Virus record (IMG/VR): IMGVR_UViG_3300032401_000001
Location: 133,793-197,792 of that record
Direction: 5' to 3' (one strand)
DNA length: 64,000 nucleotides
Source of the DNA: a virus
The translations under genes and the position numbers were made by a program. Below the pieces are notes generated by a model. The model saw nothing but the letters and a program-made list of their open reading frames with translations. It was not told the origin of the DNA and did no database searches. Within the stretch, counting starts at the first letter, position 1; every line of letters starts with the position of its first letter. This document shows, one piece after another, positions 28,509-37,473 of this stretch.

Positions 28509-30431
28509 CTATGGCGTCGGCCACAGCAACGCTCCCATGAGCGCTGCGGCCTTGTCCAGATCGATTTTCTCTTCGGTGATGCCGTCCGACGCGAGCTTGT
28601 CTTGTGCCGCCAAGACGTCGGCCAACGTCAGATGGGTGTACTGCAGCCCGAGTTGCGCCTGCTTCTGCAGGAAGAGGTGCGCCGGATGTTCCATGCTCGT
28701 GTCGCGGAGGGCACGCCGCACGCGTTGTGATCCCTGCTTCGTGAGTTGATGTTCGATACCGAGGGTATCCACGAGCGCCATGACGCTGCTTTGCTTCTCG
28801 GCGAACTCGGTGATGACGGGAACGCGTCGCCCACTGGTGGTCGTGTAGCTCGCCGGTTCCTGTAGGCCAGTCTGTCCCAGGTACAAGCCGGCACCAGCGA
28901 GGGGCAACGCCAGGGCCTTGCTGGGACCGGGAACGGACGTGAGTACCTTGCCCGCACCGGCCATGAGGGCACCGGCTCCGAGTAGCCGTTTCAAATGCGC
29001 CTCATCGAGTGCATTCTGCGCGTGGAACGCGGCACCACCGGTCGTCTGGTAAGTGACGCCGGTGGTAGGGTCCTCCACGTCGAGCAAGTCGGTCGTCGGT
29101 GGTGCGTCGTGGGGGATGAGTGCGCGCGGCCGGATGCGCCGCCACAGGTAATCGCCGACCGTGGCGCGTTTCTCGAGGATGGGCGCGAGCTGGGCGCTGA
29201 TCTTTGCGACTGCTTCGGGCTGGGCGTCCGTCAATGCCGGCGCCATGTCATCGACGAGCGAAGGGTGCTGTCCCAGGAGCTCGAAGACTTCGGCTTGCAA
29301 TGCGGCGGCGCGGTCAAGTACTCCGGTCGGGATCTGCACGCCGGGCGCGGCCTTGGCGAGGAACAGGCGCAGGAACTCGGGCGTCGTCAGCATGACGCCG
29401 CTGCGCGCCAGGGCGGCGAGAGCATCTGGTAGCCGATGCTGGGCCAGCGTGCTGATGTCGGCTGATCCCAGTTCGGGAGTACGATCGACGACGTCCGGCA
29501 GCGAGGTGTCGCGGTACTGCTGGATCAGTGAGGCTTCGGGCAGGGTACCCGTGCTGACGACGCTCGCCGGATAACCGCGCACGACCTTGTCGATGACGGC
29601 GAGTTTCTTCGCAGCGGCACTCTTGGCTTCCAACGAATCGACCAGCTCACCTAGTTCGCTCGAGGAGCGCAGTTCGTAGGTGCGTTCGGCGACCTTCTGC
29701 AGCAAGTAACCGGTACGATCCGCGGGACGAGTGACCCAGGAGCTGTCGAAGAAACGGGGGCTCGGATTGAGGGCACCGTAGCGGACCCCGGTCTGGGGGT
29801 TGAGCCAGTTCAGCTGGAACTTGAGGTGGTCGCAGTAGTGCTTCCGTGTGGGCGCCATGTTGCCGCACTCAGTGCAGACGTCGAACTGGATTCGGCAGCC
29901 CATGCTCTTCGCCGGGAACTCGTTGTCGGCGATCTGTTCGACGAGGTCGGGCGCCTTGGCGTTGTCGATGTCTTCGAGGACTTCGACCCGGTGCATGAAC
30001 GGGTTCCAGAAAGCCTTGAGGACGTTGCCGACGGCGCGGACCGGGTCACGATTGACGTGGTGGCGAAAGACGTGACCCTGCTCGTAGCTGTGGAAGTGGT
30101 GCTGGATGCACTCTGGTTCCATCACCCAGGAGTCACGACCGGGGCCGTTCGATCGACCGGGCTTGTAGGGGACTTCGTTGAAGCCGTCGGCGTTACGGTT
30201 CAGGCCGTAGAACTCGTAGCTGCCGAGTCCGATGACGAGCACCACGGTACGCCCGGGCGTGGGTTTGATGCTCTTGATGTACTCCAGCGCAGGGCTGGCA
30301 CAGGCTTCCTTGGTGAGCCGTTCCCAGGACGGTTTACCGCGTAAAGGGGACCACAGCAGGACGGTCTGGACCGTCGGTTCGCCGGTCTTCTCGAAGCGAT
30401 CATCGAGGAGGATGATCTTGCTACGCGACAC
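28509..30431 (-). CDS. Prohead (capsid maturation) serine protease with a long C-terminal extension
   Basis: HVFRHH...VG.V (His), SMGC..DVC..CG (Ser plus Zn insert), FFDSSWV..PAD (Asp); lies upstream of scaffold and MCP. Confidence 0.8.
   Translation of the reverse strand: MSRSKIILLDDRFEKTGEPTVQTVLLWSPLRGKPSWERLTKEACASPALEYIKSIKPTPGRTVVLVIGLGSYEFYGLNRNADGFNEVPYKPGRSNGPGRDSWVMEPECIQHHFHSYEQGHVFRHHVNRDPVRAVGNVLKAFWNPFMHRVEVLEDIDNAKAPDLVEQIADNEFPAKSMGCRIQFDVCTECGNMAPTRKHYCDHLKFQLNWLNPQTGVRYGALNPSPRFFDSSWVTRPADRTGYLLQKVAERTYELRSSSELGELVDSLEAKSAAAKKLAVIDKVVRGYPASVVSTGTLPEASLIQQYRDTSLPDVVDRTPELGSADISTLAQHRLPDALAALARSGVMLTTPEFLRLFLAKAAPGVQIPTGVLDRAAALQAEVFELLGQHPSLVDDMAPALTDAQPEAVAKISAQLAPILEKRATVGDYLWRRIRPRALIPHDAPPTTDLLDVEDPTTGVTYQTTGGAAFHAQNALDEAHLKRLLGAGALMAGAGKVLTSVPGPSKALALPLAGAGLYLGQTGLQEPASYTTTSGRRVPVITEFAEKQSSVMALVDTLGIEHQLTKQGSQRVRRALRDTSMEHPAHLFLQKQAQLGLQYTHLTLADVLAAQDKLASDGITEEKIDLDKAAALMGALLWPTP
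30332..30346. promoter_or_regulatory. Palindrome GTTTAC-CGC-GTAAAG (copy 5)
   Basis: Inside the 5' end of the protease gene; imposes a rare TTA codon. Confidence 0.75.
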
Positions 30432-31185
30432 CGAGCAGCTCCCGCAGCAACTGCGCGCCGTGTTCGGCGTTGAGCAGTCGGAGGGCGTGCATGTCGCGCT
30501 GCACGCTGGCCGTCTTCTCGTGCTGCTCCGTGCCTTCGAGCAGTACGTCGAGGTAGGCGACCGTGGCCAGCTTCTTCAGCGTCGGGCCAGCGTCGACGCT
30601 GCTCTGCTTGAAGAGCATCTGCAGTTCTTCGGGCGAGAGCGACTGCAGCGCGTACATGTCCTCGGGTGACAGTGCTTGCATCTGCAACCCGTCCATCTCT
30701 TCGGGCGTCAGTTGGCTAGGCGCGCCGCTCGGGGCTGGCTTCAGTCCCGCCATGGCACCGTTCGTGGGCGTGGCCGGCGCAGCGGCTGGGGGTGGGGCAC
30801 CGGCGTTTGCTTGGCCACGACTCCCCAAGGCGTGGTGCAGACCCATCAGCCCGGCGCCGATGCCCCCGACGCCCAACGCGACCTGCAGGGCCTTGTTGCG
30901 GATGTCTTCGACGGTCTGCTCGCGTTCCTTGTGCGCCTTGTGGAGCAGATAGCTGCCTCCGGCGACCGCCGGGATGGTGGCGGCGCCGCCGAACATGAGA
31001 CCGCGCTTCGCGGCGCTCATGAGCGGGGCGACGTCGACCGCTTCTTTGAGTCGACCCAGCAGGTCGAGATCGTGAATGGCCTTGGTTTGCAGCGCCGTCA
31101 GATCACCGGCCGCGGCGCGCTTCTCGAACTGCGCGGAACGGTGCAGGGCGCCGACGATGTCGCGGTAGAACGCCTCGTCGTGCAT
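30421..31185 (-). CDS. Putative internal/ejection protein
   Basis: EKRA, FKQS, KKLA and EKTA motifs; two Gly-rich hydrophobic helices. Confidence 0.65.
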   Translation of the reverse strand: MHDEAFYRDIVGALHRSAQFEKRAAAGDLTALQTKAIHDLDLLGRLKEAVDVAPLMSAAKRGLMFGGAATIPAVAGGSYLLHKAHKEREQTVEDIRNKALQVALGVGGIGAGLMGLHHALGSRGQANAGAPPPAAAPATPTNGAMAGLKPAPSGAPSQLTPEEMDGLQMQALSPEDMYALQSLSPEELQMLFKQSSVDAGPTLKKLATVAYLDVLLEGTEQHEKTASVQRDMHALRLLNAEHGAQLLRELLGVA

Positions 31186-31188
31186 GGA

Positions 31189-31428
31189 TCACCCGACTCG
31201 CTTGGTGACGAGCCGCCGCAGGCTCAAAGCGCCGTCGAGCATGGCGCGCTTCTCGAGCCAGTTGCGCCAGAAGTTGACGCCGACGAGATAGGCCGCGTCC
31301 TTGATGGTGAGCGCGTCGTTGACCAGGGCGTGACCTTCCTGGCGGGCCATGACGGTGGCGACCTTGTGGAGGTTGCTGCGCAGGTTCGTGCGCGCCTGCT
31401 CCGACATGTTGCGGATGATGTTCATCAC
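31189..31428 (-). CDS. Small internal head protein
   Basis: HKVA, IKDA and EKRA motifs. Confidence 0.6.
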   Translation of the reverse strand: MMNIIRNMSEQARTNLRSNLHKVATVMARQEGHALVNDALTIKDAAYLVGVNFWRNWLEKRAMLDGALSLRRLVTKRVG

Positions 31429-31435
31429 GATCTCC

Positions 31436-32329
31436 TTACTTCTTCGGCGGCGGGTTCACGGCCGTCTCGGCTTCCGCCAGTTGCTTGATGGCCATGGGAT
31501 TTGGCCCGGTGCCGTAGAGCACGCTCTCCCGCAGGAAGGCTTTCACCGCGTTCTTGTCGGTGGCCAGCGTCGGGGCGAAGCGCGCCATCGTGTGGTACGC
31601 CTCAGTCAATTGCTCGGGGTCGGCGCGCGACAGGACGTCGTCTTCGGCTTTCAGCAGATCGAAGACGTTCTGGCTCCGCTTCCCGGCTACCAACGCGGCC
31701 GGTGCTGCTACGGCCTTGGAGAGCATGTCGCCAAGCAGCCCGACCATGCCAATGCCGGTCTGCTTGCCGACGGACTTGGCGAACTCTTCGGCGGCCAGTT
31801 CGTCCATGCGGAGACGTTCCGGCATGCCCTTGACGCCAGGAAACGCTGATTCACGCGCCTTGTAGCCGATGCGTTCGATGAGTGGTTTGCCGAGCAAGTC
31901 GAGGCCGATGAGACCGCCACCGATGAGCGCCGCTTTTCCAGGGTTGGCTTCGAGGCTCTTGAAGAGGCGCAATGGCAGCCCCTTTAAGACGCCCATGATG
32001 GATGACGTAACCGGTGCTTGTGCGGTCTTCTGCATCGCCGCGCCGGGCATCGGGGTGCGTTGCAACGCCGCGCGCTTCTCGAGGAAGTTGGTGACGCCGT
32101 CGTGGGCGCTGGCAGTGGCGATCATGGCGGCTCCTGGCTCCTTGTAGCGGGCGCCCTGGACGGCGGCGTGGTAGCGATCGAAGCGCGCCTTCTCGACGCG
32201 GTCCATCATCGGCAGGTAGGGGTACGGTTTGCCGGCGGCGAGTGAACCCAGGAACACGAGATCTCGCACCGGGGGTATCAACCCCAGCGGGTTCATCGTC
32301 GGCACCGGGTATTGGCGGACGTCGGTCAT
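31436..32329 (-). CDS. Putative internal/ejection protein (start MTDVRQ)
   Basis: ATGA overlap; EKRA and QKTA motifs; hydrophobic ALIGGGLIGL segment. Confidence 0.65.
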   Translation of the reverse strand: MTDVRQYPVPTMNPLGLIPPVRDLVFLGSLAAGKPYPYLPMMDRVEKARFDRYHAAVQGARYKEPGAAMIATASAHDGVTNFLEKRAALQRTPMPGAAMQKTAQAPVTSSIMGVLKGLPLRLFKSLEANPGKAALIGGGLIGLDLLGKPLIERIGYKARESAFPGVKGMPERLRMDELAAEEFAKSVGKQTGIGMVGLLGDMLSKAVAAPAALVAGKRSQNVFDLLKAEDDVLSRADPEQLTEAYHTMARFAPTLATDKNAVKAFLRESVLYGTGPNPMAIKQLAEAETAVNPPPKK

Positions 32330-33165
32330 CGCAGCGTGGCCTCGGCGCACTTGAGGTATTCTTGGGTCTTGGCTTCGCCGGCCTGGGCTTGCTTGATGTC
32401 GTCGTAGCGCTCCAGCATCCGACTGAAGGTTTGCAGCTCCGGCGTGCGGGAGTCGATCACCCGAGCTACCTTGGTGCTGATGTCGACGTCGTACTCCGCC
32501 GGGGGCTTGCGCAGCGCTTGGCGCAGAGCACCGAGATGGGGCGCGGCGGCGCGGCCCCACTTGTAGAGGGCGTCGGCTTCGAAGTCCTCGAAGCGCGGAC
32601 CGCTGACGTGCGTGAACACCGTGGCCAGCTTCTGGAACTCGTCGGTGAACGCGCTGCGGGCTTGGTAGCCCAGGTCCCGCAGCCGTTCGGCGGTCTTGCG
32701 TAGTCGCATGACGGTGACGGCGCTGCTCACCTTCGGTTCCATCATCTGCTCGGGCGCCGCGGGTGGCAATGGAGCTGGTGCGCCGGGATGCGTGGCGGGC
32801 AGGGGTGCCGTGAGATCACCGCTGAGGCTCTGGGCAATGGCGTCACCACCGGCGGTGCCGCCGACGGGTTCCATGGTGTCCATGACGTCTTGCGCCGCGG
32901 CGACGAGGCGTTGCAGGGCGGCGTTGGCGTCGGCGGGTTCGAACTCGGAAGCGGCCACGCGATCCGGCGCGCCTTCGAAGCGCTGCTGGAAGGCCATGTT
33001 GTTGGTCGTTTCGACCAGTCGCCGGATCTGTTCGGGGCTCAGGTTGTTCTGCTGGGCCGCATCGGTCACGCCGTCCGTGAGCGCGATCTTCTCGCGCTGG
33101 AAACGCGTGACGACGTCAGCGGCCAACTTCTGCAGCAGGTTCTCGTCCATGAGTGGCATGATCAT
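32326..33165 (-). CDS. Internal head protein
   Basis: QKLA, RKTA, QKLA and LKCA motifs. Confidence 0.65.
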   Translation of the reverse strand: MIMPLMDENLLQKLAADVVTRFQREKIALTDGVTDAAQQNNLSPEQIRRLVETTNNMAFQQRFEGAPDRVAASEFEPADANAALQRLVAAAQDVMDTMEPVGGTAGGDAIAQSLSGDLTAPLPATHPGAPAPLPPAAPEQMMEPKVSSAVTVMRLRKTAERLRDLGYQARSAFTDEFQKLATVFTHVSGPRFEDFEADALYKWGRAAAPHLGALRQALRKPPAEYDVDISTKVARVIDSRTPELQTFSRMLERYDDIKQAQAGEAKTQEYLKCAEATLR

Positions 33166-33182
33166 CCCTCACGCAGCAGAGG

Positions 33183-33878
33183 TCAATGCACGATGTCTTC
33201 CGGCAGCGGCGCACCGGCCATCTGCGGCGTCGTGACGTGGTTCTTGTGCATCAGGGCGATGCGCAGATGCTCCAGGGCGTCTTCGTCATCATGCGGGTCG
33301 AGCCGTAGCAGCGTGGTGGCGGCTTGGGTACCACTCTGCAGCCAGTGTTGTGCTTGCTTGGAACGCTCTGACGTGGGGTCGGTACCGCGGTGCGCGAGGC
33401 CCATGTAGAGACCCTCGGTCATGGCGGCTTCGAGCACTTTACGTGGCGGGACCGTCGACTGACGGTTGATCAGCCAGTTGATGTACTCCGTACCCTGCAC
33501 CAGGGCGGCTTCGAGGTAGGCCTGCTGGTCGCGCGGCAGTAGGGCGCGGCAGCGGGCAACGTAGCTGATGCGTTCGAGTCGGTCACGGAAGACGCCGATG
33601 TCGAAGATGTGGTCTCGGTAAGCGGCGAGAGCGGCGGTGCTGACGCCGGTGGCGCGACCCATCTCTTCGACGGTCGTATCGGCGATCAAGTAACTCTCGA
33701 TGACGTTGCGTTCGAAGTGCACCTGGTACTTGTCCCAGGCGTACTTGAGTGCGTCGTTCTTCGAGACACCTTGGATCACTTCGGCGAGGGCGCGGGTGGC
33801 TAGATCGATCGGCACCGCCCCGGCAGTGATGGCCTGCTGAGCCACGGTGACGCGGTGATGTGGGTCTTGGCGGGCCAT
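33183..33878 (-). CDS. Hypothetical protein, possible HTH (TVEEMGRATGVSTAALAAY)
   Basis: 231 aa; lacks obvious K-x-A clustering, unlike its neighbours. Confidence 0.5.
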   Translation of the reverse strand: MARQDPHHRVTVAQQAITAGAVPIDLATRALAEVIQGVSKNDALKYAWDKYQVHFERNVIESYLIADTTVEEMGRATGVSTAALAAYRDHIFDIGVFRDRLERISYVARCRALLPRDQQAYLEAALVQGTEYINWLINRQSTVPPRKVLEAAMTEGLYMGLAHRGTDPTSERSKQAQHWLQSGTQAATTLLRLDPHDDEDALEHLRIALMHKNHVTTPQMAGAPLPEDIVH

Positions 33879-33883
33879 GGTGG

Positions 33884-36556
33884 CTACGCGTTCGCGGACG
33901 TCGGCATCACCGTGGCGTTGCGGTTCAGCTGCAGCACCAGTTCACCCAGACCTTCGTGCACGGCGCGGAGGTTGTCCTCGATCTTCGAGAACTCCTCCTC
34001 GCCGAATTGCTGCTTGAGCTCACCTTCCTGCAGCCACAGCGTCAGCATGGTACGGCCGAGGTTGTCGAGGGCACGTTCCATCGTGGGCACGTAGTCCACG
34101 ACCGTGTCGCGGAAGCTGGGCGACTGGCCGATGGAGGCGATGGCCGCGGCATCGAAGACGCCTTGGTCCTGCAGCTGACCCGCCTGCTCGAGGAACTGCG
34201 GGTTGACCTGCTGTTGGATCTCGGTGGCCGAGGGACTCTCGGTCTGCATCACGGCGCCCATGCCCCCCGCTGGCAACTGCGGGGCGGGCTGGGGCATACC
34301 GCCTGTAGGTGCCGGGGCAGCGGCCGGCGGCGCGGTGGGGGGTGCCGCGGAGGCGCCGGCCGCGCCCGGCATGATCGGTGGGGCGCCTTGTTGGACAGCC
34401 TGGGCGCCGCCACTGGCGATTTCCTGTGCGCGCTGTTGCACCTGTTGCAACACGGCGGTGGTGTCCGTGATCTGCTGCTGCGCTTGCTGCAGCCCCGCCG
34501 ACTGCTGCTGCAGCTGCGACTGGGCTTCGCCCATGGCGATGTCGAGTGGCGACGGCGGTGGGGGCGGTGGTGCTTGCTGGGCCTCCATGCCGGGCTGGGG
34601 TGGTGTACCCGACTGCGGTGCGGACGACGACGGATCCATCATCGGCAGCTGCGCCAGCTTGATCAGCTGGGGGGCAGTGACGATCCAGGCGGTCGCCTGG
34701 CCGTTCGGCAGTGCTGCGGCTTGCTTCACCAGGTTCTCGGCGGCCGCGAAGGGGACACGGTACTTGCGGGCCAGGCGTTCCATCGCTGCCAACTTCGGCA
34801 GCGCGGGTTCACCGTCGATGGAGAACTGACCCGCCGCGGCGTTCTTCACACTGGCGCGCGCGGCACCGGTGGCTTCAACCTGCTGCGTGAACCACTTGAG
34901 GACGTCCTTGGGGTTGCTGAGGAGGCGGATGCCGTAGTTCGCGTCGTCGTCCTTCTTCTCCTTGTCGCCGACGTCGCTCTTCGACAGCAGGAATGGTCCC
35001 AGACGATCCTGATCTTCGCTGCGCAGCTTGAGGTAGCGCGCGTCCACCGGGATGTAGACGAGCGGCTGACCCTTGGGTTGATGGAGTCCGGCCTTGGCGG
35101 CTTTCGGGTCGGTCACCAGCACCGTCTGGTCGTAGTCGTCGCAGGTGATGCGACGAATCCCCTGGGCGTCCGTGGCGACACGGCGCACGTGGAACGGCTC
35201 AGTGGCGACGAACGTCTGTCCGGTGCGCTTGATGAACACACCCATGTCGCCGGCCTTCGGCTGGGCGTCACCGTCCTGTCCGAGGACTTGCTTGAAGCGC
35301 GCGGCGTCGTCTTCACCGGGATCGTAGTGGGCGTAGCCCCAGGCCGGTTCGGCGATGAGCTGCTTGGTGCGCAGCCAACGCCCGTCCTTGAGCACGACCA
35401 GGAACTCGTCGTACTGGCCGCACTCACAGCCGGCGTGGTGCTTGCCCCGCGGCGGCCGTCCGCCGTGGCGTACGCCCTTGGGACCTTCGGGCGTGTCGGG
35501 ATGTTCGTTCTTCGCGTTGAGGATGCCGCGGGGATCGACGGCGATGAACGCCGGCAGCGTCTTGCCGTCGGTCGTGAAGACCCGGTAGAAGCCGCTCTTG
35601 TCGGGACGAATGAGGTCCTTCGGTTCCTGCAGCTGGACGGCGTGGCTGAGCCCGCGGCGTGTGTCGCTGGCGGCGTAGCCCTTCGTCAACATGCCTTGGA
35701 AGGCTTCCGGGGCGCCGGCGCCGAACACCTGCTTGAATTTGCTGCTGGTCGTCGAACGATCAGCGACGTTGAGCTCGCCCTCTTCGGTGACGGTGGTCTC
35801 GCCCTCGGTAGCGGCGCGCTTTGCGAGCGCGGTGCAGAGCGGATCGAGTCCGTAGAGCTGGGTCACGGATGCGGCGAGCTTCGGGCGCGCCGTGAGGACG
35901 TTGGCGAACGCCAGCTTGGCGGCGGTGGGCATGCGGCCGAGGAATTCCAGGAGCGCTGCGGGGCGCTGGTCAGCGCTCTTCTCGAAGTCGCGGGGTTCCA
36001 GCTTGAGCAGCATCTGGCGCAGATCTTCGTTGATGATGTCGGTCGTCAGTGGTTGCCGGGCGGCGGCGTAGGCGTAGCGGCCGGTGGTCGGTGGGATGAG
36101 GATGTTGCGCGTGTCGACGTCGCGACGCAGTGACTGCGGCTGCTTGACGGCTTCGCCCATCTCGTCGATGGTGAGCTTGTCGACTTCGTCAAGCCAGTCG
36201 CTGGTGAGCGGCAAGAAGACGTTGAGGCCCTTGTGGTAGAACAAGTCCAGCGGCTTGATCTGGTTGTCGGCCATGACGACGGGGATGTAGATGGCCTCGC
36301 CGCCACGTTGTACGACGAACGTGCCGATGCCGGCGCCGTCCTCGATGTTCGTGTCGAGGATGCGGAAGGTCACGACGTCCTGGATCAAGTCCGGGAACTT
36401 GCTCACCAGGATGTTGTAGGCCATCTGGCTCAGCCCCTCTTCGAAGAGGTGCTGTTCTTCATCGCCCGAGGGTGCGGCCGACTGGAAGGCCTGCGTCCGG
36501 GGGGACATGGGCTGGGCGGTCTTGTTCATCTGCGGGTGCATCGTCGGGCTCCTCAC
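33884..36556 (-). CDS. Large internal head/core protein
   Basis: 890 aa; NKTA, EKSA, AKRA, VKQA and IKLA motifs; Pro/Gln-rich linker. Confidence 0.65.
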   Translation of the reverse strand: MRSPTMHPQMNKTAQPMSPRTQAFQSAAPSGDEEQHLFEEGLSQMAYNILVSKFPDLIQDVVTFRILDTNIEDGAGIGTFVVQRGGEAIYIPVVMADNQIKPLDLFYHKGLNVFLPLTSDWLDEVDKLTIDEMGEAVKQPQSLRRDVDTRNILIPPTTGRYAYAAARQPLTTDIINEDLRQMLLKLEPRDFEKSADQRPAALLEFLGRMPTAAKLAFANVLTARPKLAASVTQLYGLDPLCTALAKRAATEGETTVTEEGELNVADRSTTSSKFKQVFGAGAPEAFQGMLTKGYAASDTRRGLSHAVQLQEPKDLIRPDKSGFYRVFTTDGKTLPAFIAVDPRGILNAKNEHPDTPEGPKGVRHGGRPPRGKHHAGCECGQYDEFLVVLKDGRWLRTKQLIAEPAWGYAHYDPGEDDAARFKQVLGQDGDAQPKAGDMGVFIKRTGQTFVATEPFHVRRVATDAQGIRRITCDDYDQTVLVTDPKAAKAGLHQPKGQPLVYIPVDARYLKLRSEDQDRLGPFLLSKSDVGDKEKKDDDANYGIRLLSNPKDVLKWFTQQVEATGAARASVKNAAAGQFSIDGEPALPKLAAMERLARKYRVPFAAAENLVKQAAALPNGQATAWIVTAPQLIKLAQLPMMDPSSSAPQSGTPPQPGMEAQQAPPPPPPSPLDIAMGEAQSQLQQQSAGLQQAQQQITDTTAVLQQVQQRAQEIASGGAQAVQQGAPPIMPGAAGASAAPPTAPPAAAPAPTGGMPQPAPQLPAGGMGAVMQTESPSATEIQQQVNPQFLEQAGQLQDQGVFDAAAIASIGQSPSFRDTVVDYVPTMERALDNLGRTMLTLWLQEGELKQQFGEEEFSKIEDNLRAVHEGLGELVLQLNRNATVMPTSANA

Positions 36557-36559
36557 GGG

Positions 36560-37171
36560 CTAGGGCCTCCCGGCCTGATAGATCGCGCTGGGCATCATGC
36601 TGGTCGCCATGTGCGCCATGAAAGCTGGCCCCAGGGTGCCAACGGCGCGCAGCTTGTTGGGGGCGTGCTGGAATGCCGTGGTGCTGGCACTGAGTTCTTC
36701 GAGTAGCCCCGGGGCGGCAATGGCAGCGGAGACCGCCGACAGTGACTTGAGAATGTCGTCGCGGCGTTCCGGGTCCTGTACGAACATGCGCAACGCCAGC
36801 ATGGCCGGCAACGCGACCACGTTGTTGATGCGCGCGACCCCGTTGGCGGCGTTGAGGATCTTGCGGTACAGCCCCTCTTGCCGCAGGTTGTTCGCGTGAC
36901 CGAGTTCATGGGCGAGCGCATCGGGGTTCACCACCCCTAGGATTATCTCACCTCGGTCGTAGTTGTAGAAGGCGTTCGGCAAGTTCGGCATGAGCCGCAC
37001 CTTGACGTGCGCCAGGTTGGGGTTGGCGGTGATGGCCTGTTGCACGACGGTAGCGATGCCGTCAGCGCGCTCCGGGTGGTTGTAGTAACTCTGCGTGCCG
37101 CCGGTGACCTGCACCAGTTTTTCGATACCGGCGGGCGTTGTGAGGTCCGCCAGGATCATGATCCGGTCCAC
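36560..37171 (-). CDS. Zincin metallopeptidase
   Basis: LAHELGH (HExxH) plus a downstream LEELSAS third-ligand helix. Confidence 0.7.
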   Translation of the reverse strand: MDRIMILADLTTPAGIEKLVQVTGGTQSYYNHPERADGIATVVQQAITANPNLAHVKVRLMPNLPNAFYNYDRGEIILGVVNPDALAHELGHANNLRQEGLYRKILNAANGVARINNVVALPAMLALRMFVQDPERRDDILKSLSAVSAAIAAPGLLEELSASTTAFQHAPNKLRAVGTLGPAFMAHMATSMMPSAIYQAGRP

Positions 37172-37389
37172 GCTTCTTGGCGGGGATGCGTGAGTACGCG
37201 GGAGGATTGTTCCGTGGCCGTGGCGCGATCGTCAGCGCCGTGGCTCTCCAGTAGACTCAACACGGAGCGCTGGAGAGGTTGACGCGCGGGAAGATCGGCG
37301 GGTTCAGCCGACGGACCTTGAGTGGGCTGGCCGAGCTGCTGCTCGATCAGCTGGGCGGCGATCTTGAACGCGTCGATGGGGAATCTCAC
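37156..37389 (-). CDS. Small hypothetical protein
   Basis: GTG after AAGG; DAFKIAA resembles the leader of the 44-46 kb proteins. Confidence 0.4.
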   Translation of the reverse strand: MRFPIDAFKIAAQLIEQQLGQPTQGPSAEPADLPARQPLQRSVLSLLESHGADDRATATEQSSRVLTHPRQEAWTGS

Positions 37390-37473
37390 GGCGCCTTTCC
37401 CTTCCTGGCCGAGCCTGTGTCCGGCGCAGGCCGCGTACGGGGGGCTGCCGTGCCGGGCAGGATCCGTTCGCGG

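Noticed and set aside
33183-33878. Small terminase subunit call
   Set aside because: Only a weak HTH-like segment and no large terminase nearby to support it; left as hypothetical
33860-36133. 757-aa plus-strand ORF, and similar long antisense ORFs at 14399-16585, 21272-22789 and 37279-38844
   Set aside because: Antisense to well-supported genes, with no motifs or SD; expected in GC-rich DNA
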